Below, piece by piece: positions 52,201 to 61,200 of a DNA stretch of 64,000 nt. How positions within the stretch are numbered: position 1 is the stretch's first letter; the number at the start of each line of letters is the position of its first letter. This stretch comes from Somniosus microcephalus (lineage: Eukaryota), in NCBI GenBank assembly GCA_052327205.1, contig JBMRGM010000037.1, forward strand, positions 55,490,001-55,554,000, read 5' to 3'. Under the pieces are notes generated by a model. The model was not told where the DNA came from, searched no databases, and saw nothing but the letters and a program-made list of their open reading frames with translations. A program made the position numbers and the translations under genes.

Positions 52201-55200
52201 ACACACGAAATAGGAGCAGGGTCAGGCTAAACGGCCCCTGGGCCCGCTCCGCTACCCACAGGGCCATGGCCGATCCGAACCTAGACTCATGTCCAAATTC
52301 CTGCCCGCTCCCCGTAACCCTCAATTCCCTTTACTTCTAGGAAACTGTCTATTTCTGTTTTAAATTTATGTAATGATGTAGCTTCTACAGCTTTTTGGGG
52401 CAGCATAGTCCATGGACCTACCACCCTCTGAGTGAAGTAGTTCCTCCTCATCTCAGTTTTGAAAGAGCAGCCCCTTATTCTAAGACTATGCCCCCTAGTT
52501 CTAGTTTCACCCATCATCGGGAACATCCTCCCCGCATCCACCCGATCCAACCCCTTCACAATCTTATATGTTTCAATAAGATCGCCTCTCATTCTTCTGA
52601 ACTCCAATGAGTAGAGTCCCAATCTACTCAACCTCTCCTCATATGTCCATCCCCTCATCCCCGGGATTAACCGAGTGAACCTTCTTTGTACTGACTCGAG
52701 AGCAAATATGTCCTTTCTTAAGTATGGACACCAAAACTGTACGCAGTATTCCAGGTGCGGTCTCACCAATACCTTGTACAACTGAAGCAATACCTCCCTA
52801 TTTTTATATTCTATCCCCCTAGCAATGAAAGCAAACATTCCATTGGCCTTCTTAATCACCTGCTGCACCTGCATACTAACCTTTTGAGTTTCGTGCACCA
52901 GGACCCCCAGATCCCTTTGTACTTCAGTACTTTCCTGTTTCTTGCCATTAAGATAATAACTTGCTCTACGATTTTTCCTGCCAAAGTGCATAACCTCACA
53001 CTTTCCAGTATTGTATTCCATCTGCCAAATCTCTGCTCACTTACTTAGCCTGTCTATGTCCCCTTGCAGGTTTTTTATGTCCTCCTCACTCACTACTTTC
53101 CCTCCCATCTTAGTATCATCTGCAAACTTTGATATGTTACACTCGGTCCCCTCCTCCAAATCGTTAATATAGATTGTAAATACAAGAGACAGTCTAGCCA
53201 CCTCCCCTTGACATTTAACGGCATTACCATCGCCGAATCCCCCACCATCAACATGCTGGGGGTCACCATTGACCAGAAACTTAACTCTACCAGCCACATA
53301 AATGCTGCGGCCACAAGAGCAGGTCAGAGGCTGGGTATTCTGTGGTGAGTGTCTCACCTGCTGACTCCCCAAAGCCTTTCCACCATCTACAAGGCACAAG
53401 TCAGCAGTGTGATGGAATACTCTCCACTTGCCTGGATGAGTGCAGCTCCAACAACACTCAAGAAACTCGACACCATCCAGGACAAAACAGCCCGCTTGAT
53501 TGGCACCCCATCCACCACCTTAAACATTCACTCCCCCCACCACCGGCGCACCGAGGCTGCAGTGTGTACCATCTACAAGATGCACTGCAGCAACTCACCA
53601 AGGCTTCTTCGGCAACACCTCCCAAACCCGCGACCTCTTCCACCTAGAAGGACAAGGGCAGCAGGTGGATGGGAACACCATCACCTCCAAGTACTATGGG
53701 AGTACCTTCACCTCACAGACTGCAGCGGTTCAAGAAGGCAGCTCACCACCACCTTCTCAAGTGCGATTGTGGAAGGGACACTAAATGCTGGCCTTGCCAG
53801 CGACACCCACATCCCATGAGCGAATTTAAAAAGAACCTCTCCTCCTCTATCACACTCATTAAAAATGTACATCTTTGACCATGATAGACGTCATCCCCTG
53901 GGTGTTGACAATTGATGGGGGAGGGGGCGGGGTGTGGGCGCCGGGGAGGTGGAATTGCAGAGGTGAATGTCCAGAGGGGAGCAGATTCAGTAGTGGGGGA
54001 CGTTTAACTCCTACAGCAGCCCCGCATCCCCCCCATCCCTTGCCCGATTTCCCTCAATCCCTTCCATCCAGGAGTTACGCGAGACTCGGAGCTTCATGTC
54101 CATACTCTGCCCCTCTAGGTTTCTCAGAGTCCTTCGACACTCAGTCACTGATTTTAATACTCGTTGCGTTTATTTTTAAAAACAGAAATGAGAGACAGGA
54201 AATGTCCGGAACCTTCTACGACACAACACATCTGCGATAAGGCGCAGTCGGAGAAGTGCGAGACGGACGAGGATTGCGGAGGCTGGAAGCAGTGCTGTGA
54301 AGTCGGGGACTGTGGGAAACGATGTGTCTACACATACCACACGACCGGTGAGAACCACATGGGGAGAGTCCGCGAGAGAAGGGAGAGTCCGCGGGAGGGG
54401 GGGAGAGTCCGCGGGCGGGGGGAAGAGTCCGCGGGAGGGGGGGAGAGTCCGCGGGAGGGGGGGAGAGTCCGCGGGAGGGGGGGAGAGTCCGCGGGAGGGG
54501 GGGAGAGTCCGCGGGAGGGGGGGAGAGTCCGCGGGAGGGGGGGAGAGTCTCGTGCTGTACTTGCCCTGGGAGTGTTTGATTGAGCAGTGTCGAGGGATCT
54601 TTAATCTATATTTAATGTTTTACAAATTTTGCTTCCTCAACCATTTGAACCATTTTAAATTCTGTTTTATTTAGGGAAACAAAAGAAATGCCCTGAAGTT
54701 TCCAAAGTGACCTTTCTTTGTAAGAAGAATTTCACCCAGTCTTGTGAGAATGATGATGATTGCAGTGCCCATAAACAGTGCTGCGACATTGGGTGCGGCA
54801 AAAAATGCGTCTACTCCTTCACACAAGGTGAGCCCCAGCCCGAGGGAGGGGCAGCAGTGGGCAACTGGGGGAATCAGGTACCGGGCTCCTGGGATCAGAG
54901 TCTGATAGGCCCCAGGCTCCAGGGGTCAGAGTCTGATAGGCCCCAGGCCCCAGGGGTCAGTCTGATAGGCCCCAGGCTCCAGGGGTCAGAGTCTGATAGG
55001 CCACAGGCTCCTGGGATCAGAGTCTGATAGGCCCCAGGCTCCAGGGGTCAGAGTCTGATAGGCCCCAGGCTCCAGGGTTCAGAGTCTGATAGGCCCCAGG
55101 CTCCAGGGGTCAGAGTCTGCTAGGCCCCAGGCTCCAGGGGTCAGAGTCTGATAGGCCCCAGGCTCCAGGGTTCAGAGTCTGATAGTCCCCAGGCTCCAGG

Positions 55201-58200
55201 GGTCAGAGACTGATAGGCCCCAGGCTCCAGGGGTCAGAGTCTGATAGTCCCCAGGCTCCAGGGGTCAGAGTCTGATAGTCCCGAGGCTCCAGGGGTCAGA
55301 GTCTGATAGGCCCCAGGCTCCAGGGGTCAGAGTCTGATAGGCCCCAGGCTCCAGGGGTCAGTGTCTGATAGGCCCCAGGCTCCAGGGGTCAGAGTCTGAT
55401 AGGCTCCAGGCTCCAGGGGTCAGAGTCTGATAGGCCCCAGGCTCCAGGGGTCAGAGTCTGATAGGCCCCAGGCTCCAGGGGTTAGAGTCTGATAGGCCCC
55501 AGGCTCCAGGGATCAGAGTCTGATAGGCCCCAGGCTCCAGGGGACAGAGTCTGATAGGCCCCAGGCTCCAGGGGTCAGAGTCTGATAGGCCCCAGGCTCC
55601 AGGGGTCAGAGTCTGATAGGCCCCAGGCTCCAGGGGTCAGAGTCTGATAGGCCCCAGGCTCCAGGGGTCAGAGTCTGATAGGCACCAGGCTCCAGGGGTC
55701 AGAGTCTGATAGGCCCCAGGCTCCAGGGGTCAGAGTCTGATAGGCCCCAGGCTCCAGGGGTCAGAGTCTGATAGGCCCCAGATGCCAGGGGTCAGAGTCT
55801 GATAGGCCCCGGGAGTGACGGGGTGGTCCGGGAGTGACGGGGCGGGCCGGGAGTGATGGACAGGGCTAGGACTGAAGGGGGTGAGCTAGGAGTGATGGGG
55901 TGGGCTAGGACTGAAGGGGGTGAGCTCGGAGTGATGGGTTTGGGCTAGGAGTGATGGGTTTGGGCTAGGAGTGATGGCTTTGGGCTAGGAGTGATGGGTT
56001 TGGGCTAGGAGTGATGGGGTGGGCTAGGAGTGATGGGGTGGGCTAGGAGTGATGGGGTGAGCTAGGAGTGATGGGGTGAGCTAGGAGTGATGGGGTGAGC
56101 TAGGAGTGATGGGTTTGGGCTAGGAGTGATGGGGTGGGCTAGGAGTGATGGGGAGGTGGGTGAGGAGTCATGAGGTGCGCGAGGAGTGATGGGGTGGGCT
56201 GGGAGAGATGGTGTGAGCTAGGAGTGATGGGGTGTGCTAGGAGTGATGGGGTGTGCTCGGAGTGATGGGGTGTGCTAGGAATGATGGGGTGCGCTAGGAG
56301 TGATGGGGTGAGCTAGGAGTAATGGGGTGAGCTAGGAGTAATGGGGTGAGCGAGGAATGATGGGGTGAGCTAGGAGTGATGTGGTGGGCTAGGAGTGTTG
56401 GGGTGAGCTAGGAGTGATGTGGTGGGCTAGGAGTGATGTGGTGGGCTAGGAGTGATGGGGTGAGCTAGGAGTGATGTGGGTGTGGAGTGTTGGGGTGAGC
56501 TAGGAGTGATGTGGTGGGCTAGGAGTGATGTGGTGAGCTAGGAGTGATGTGGTGGGCTAGATGTGATGTGGGTGTGGAGTGATGGGGTGAGCTAGGAGTG
56601 ATGTGGGCTAGGAGTGATGGGTGGTGTGCTAGTAGTGAAGGGGTGGGCTAGGAGTGATGGAGTGAGCTAGGAGTGAGCTAGGAGTGATGGGGTGGGCTAG
56701 GAGTGATGGGGTTGGGCAAGGAGTGATGGGGTTGGGCAAGGAGTGATGGGGTGGGCTAGGAGTGATGGGGATATGGGCGAGGAATCATGAGGTGGGCGAG
56801 GAGTGATGGGTTGGGCTAGGAGTGATGGGCTGGGCTAGGAGTGATGGGCTGGGCTGGGAGTGATGGGCTGGGCTGGGAGTGATGGGGTGAGCAAGGAGTG
56901 ATGGGGTGAGCAAGGAGTGAAGGGGTGGGCTAGGAGTGATGGGGTGAGCTAGGAGTGATGGGGTGAGCTAGGAGTGATGGTGTGAGCTAGGAGTGATGGG
57001 GTGGGCTAGGAGTGATGGGGTGGGCTAGGAGTGATGGGGTGGGCTAGGAGTGATGGGGTGGGCTAGGAGTGATGGGGTGGGCTAGGAGTGATGGGGTGAG
57101 CTAGGAATGATGGGTGGTGTGCTAGTAGTGAAGGGGTGGGCTAGGAGTGATGGAGTGAGCTAGGAGTGAGCTAGGAGTGATGGGGTGGGCTAGGAGTGAT
57201 GGGGTGGGCTAGGAGTGATGGGGTGGGCTAGGAGTGATGGGTTGGGCAAGGAGTGATGGGGTGGGCTAGGAGTGATGGGGATATGGGCGAGGAGTGATGG
57301 GGTGGGTGAGGAGTGATGGGGTGGGCTAGGAGTGATGGGGATATGGGCGAGGAGTGATGGGGTGGGCGAGGAGTGATGGGGTGGGCGAGGAGTGATGGGG
57401 TGGGCTAGGAGTGATGGGGTGGGCTAGGAGTGATGGGGTGGGCTAGGAGTGATGGGGTGGGCTAGGAGTGATGGGGTGGGCTAGGAGTGATGGGGTGGGC
57501 TAGGAGTGATGGGGTGAGCTAGGAGTGATGGGGTGAGCTAGGAGTGATGGGGTGGGCTAGGAGTGATTGGGGTGGGCTAGGAGTGATTGGGGTGAGCTAG
57601 GAGTGATGGGGTGAGCTAGGAGTGATGGGGTGAGCTAGGAGTGATGGGGTGAGCTAGCAGTGATGGGGTGGGCTAGGAGTGATGGGGTGGGCTAGTAGTG
57701 ATGGGGTGTGCTAGGAGTGATGGGGTGAGCTAGGAGTGGCGTGTTGGGCTTTGACTGATGGGCGTGGAATGATTGGGCAGTGGGCGTGGAGTGATGCGAA
57801 TCGTGATCTCGATACCGACCGTGGTCTGTGTGCCTCAGTACCATGGAGAGGGGGTCCATTGACCCAAGGGCCTATCTGGGAAATGCAAGGACTGAAGACA
57901 GCGGGGGAAAGCACTTGTTCCTCCTGTTATCTAAGAACATAAGAAATAGGAGCAGGAGTCGGCCCTTTGGCCCCTCGAACCTGCTCCGCCATTCAATGAG
58001 ATCATGGCCGATCTTCTACCTCATCTCCACTTTCCTGCACTATCTCCATATCCCTTGATTCCCTTAATGATCAAAAATCTATCGATCTCTGTCTTGAATA
58101 TACTCAACGACTGAGCCTCCACAACCCCCTGGGGTAGAGAATTCCAAAGATTCACCGCCCTCTGAGTGAAGAAATTTCTCATCTCAGTCCTAAATGGCCG

Positions 58201-61200
58201 ACCCCTTATTCTGAGACTGTGACCCCTGGTTCTAGACTCCCCAGCCAGGGGAAACATCCTCCCTGCATCTACCCTGTCAAGCCCTGTAAGAATTTTGTAT
58301 GTTTCAATGAGATCACCTCTCATTCTTCTAAACTCTAGAGAATATAGGCCTGGTCTACTCAATCTGTTCTCATAGGACAATCCCCCCCATCCCAGGAACC
58401 AGTCTGTGAACCTTCGTTGCACTCCCTCTATGGTAAGTATATCCTTCCTTAGGTAAGGAGACCAAAACTGTCCACAATACTCCAGGTGTGCTCTCACCAA
58501 GGCCCTATATAATTGCAGTAAGACGTCTTTACTCTTATACTCAAATCCTCCTGTAATAAAGGCCAACATACCATTGGTTTTCCTAATTGCTTGCTGTACC
58601 TGCATGTTAACGTTCAGTGATTCGTGTACAAGGACACCCAGGTCCCTCTGAACACCAACATTTCCCAATCTCTCACCATTTAAAAAATACACTGCTTTTC
58701 TATTTTTCCATAACTTCACATTTCTCCACATTATATTCCATTCAACCGATTGTTGGCTTTGCAGGAGTCAAACCTGGGGAGTGCTCACCCGCCAGCAGAC
58801 TGAGATTTGTCTGCAATTCGACCATGGGGAAAGAGTGTGAGGGCGAGAGTAACTGTGGCAGATGGCAGACGTGCTGCTCAACTCCCTGTGGGGCACGGTG
58901 TGTCTTCAAGAGTTTCAGAGGAGGTGAGTACAAATGTCTGAGCTTTACTCTCTATTTAACCCGTGCTGTACCTGCCCTGGGAGTGTTTGATGGGGGCAGT
59001 GTAGAGGGAGCTTTACTCTGTATATAACACGTGCTGTACCTGCCCTGGGAGTGTTTGATGGGACAGTGCAGAGGGAGCTTTACTCTGTATCTAACCCGTG
59101 CTGTACCTGCCCTGGGAGTGTTTGATGGGACAGTGTAGAGGGAGCTTTACTCTGTATCGAACCTGTGCTGTACCTGCCCTGGGAGTGTTTGATGGGACAG
59201 TGTCGAGGGAGCTTTACTCTGTATCTAACCCCGTGATGTACCTGCCCTGGGAGTGTTTGATGGGACAGTGTAGTGGGAGCTTTACTCTGTATCTAACCCG
59301 TGCTGTACCTGCCCTGGGAGTGTTAGTTGGGACAGTGTAGAGGGAGCATTACTCTGTATCTAACCCATGCTGTACCTGCCCTGGGAGTGTTTGATGGGAC
59401 AGTGTAGAAGGAGCTTTACTCTGTATCTAACCCGTGCTGTACCTGCCCTGGGAGTGTTAGTTGGGACAGTGTAGAGGGAGCTTTACTCTATATCTAACCC
59501 CATGCTGTACCTGCCCTGGGAGTGTTAGTTGGGACAGTGTAGTGGAATCTTTGCTGTGTATCTAACCTATGTTGTGCTGTGTGTCTCTCTCTCTGGTGCA
59601 GAGGATGGGAGCTGTCCTCGCCCAGATATGCTGGCTCGTGTGTGTAACTCCACGTTCGGGAAGGTATGTGAGGCGGATGGAGACTGCGACGGTTCCCAAA
59701 CCTGCTGTGACGCTGGCTGTCAGAAGCGATGTGTCCCATCCTTCTTCGGGAAGTTCCATGGAGGAAGCTCCTCACATAAACCCAGCAAATCCTCGACAGG
59801 TTTGTTCAGGTCTGGGGGCGGGTTTCTCCATCTCTCTCTGTCTCTCCCTCTCTCTCTCACTGTCATTGTCTCTCTCTGTGTCTCTTTCTGTCCCTCACAC
59901 GCTCTCTATCTATCTATCGTCTGTCTCTCCCTCTCTCACACTCCCTCTCTCTCACTCCCACCCTCTCACTCCCCCTCTCTCACTCCCACCCTCTCACTCC
60001 CCCTCTCTCACTCGCACCCTCTCACTCCCCCTCCCTCTCACTCCCTCTCACTCCCCCTCGCCCCTCCCCCTCGCCTCTCACTCTCTCCCCCTGATTCCTG
60101 TTACCACCCCTAACTCAATCTTTTGGTATCGCAGAGTGGAATGCCAAGAAATGCCCCGATGTTTCCAGACTGGAGCGTGTGTGCAAGATGAATCACAGTG
60201 AGCCCTGCGAGGATGACGAGGATTGTGGGAAGTGGAAGCAGTGTTGTAAGACTTCCTGTGGCAACAGATGTGTCCACTCCTTCCTGGGCCATGGCCAGAG
60301 TGCGGCATTGTCAGGTAAAACCACGTGGCCAGTCTGCCCCGGCAGCCTGCGACAGATAGGCCCCTTCCCCAGCAGCCTTGGACTGATAGGCCCCTGCTCC
60401 CTGTAGCCTGGGACTGATAGGCCCCTGCTCCCTGTAGCCTGGGACTGATAGGCCCCTGCTCCCTGTAGCCTGGGACTGATAGGCCCCTGCTCCCTGTAGC
60501 CTGGGACTGATAGGCCCCTGCTCCCTGTAGCCTGGGACTGATAGGCCCCTGCTCCCAGCAGCTTGGGACTGATAGGCCCCTGCTCCCTGTAGCCTGGGAC
60601 TGATAGGCCCCTGCTCCCTGTAGCCTGGGACTGATGGGCCCCTGCTCCCTGTAGCCTGGGACTGATGGGCCCCTGCTCCCTGTAGCCTGGGACTGATAGT
60701 CCCCTGCTCCCTGTAGCCTGGGACTGATAGTCCCCTGCTCCCTGTAGCCTGGGACTGATAGGCCCCTGCTCCCTGTAGCCTGGGACTGATAGTCCCCTGC
60801 TCCCTGTAGCCTGGGACTGATAGTCCCCTGCTCCCTGTAGCCTGGGACTGATAGGCCCCTGCTCCCTGTAGCCTGGGACTGATGGGCCCCTGCTCCCTGT
60901 AGCCTGGGACTGATGGGCCCCTGCTCCCTGTAGCCTGGGACTGATAGGCCCCTGCTCCCTGTAGCCTGGGATTGATAGGCCCCTGCTCCCTGTAGCCTGG
61001 GACTTATAACTCTCTGGTCTTGGGGGCTAAAAGGATTAAATTATGTGGACAGACTGGGCTTGTGTTCCCTCGACTATAGAAGATTAAGGGATAAACTAAT
61101 TGAGCCGTTTAGATTTATAATCTTGCAGATTGTGTGTGGAATTGTCAAATTAATTTCAATACAGATAAGTGTGAGGTGGTACATTGTGGTAGGAAGAATA

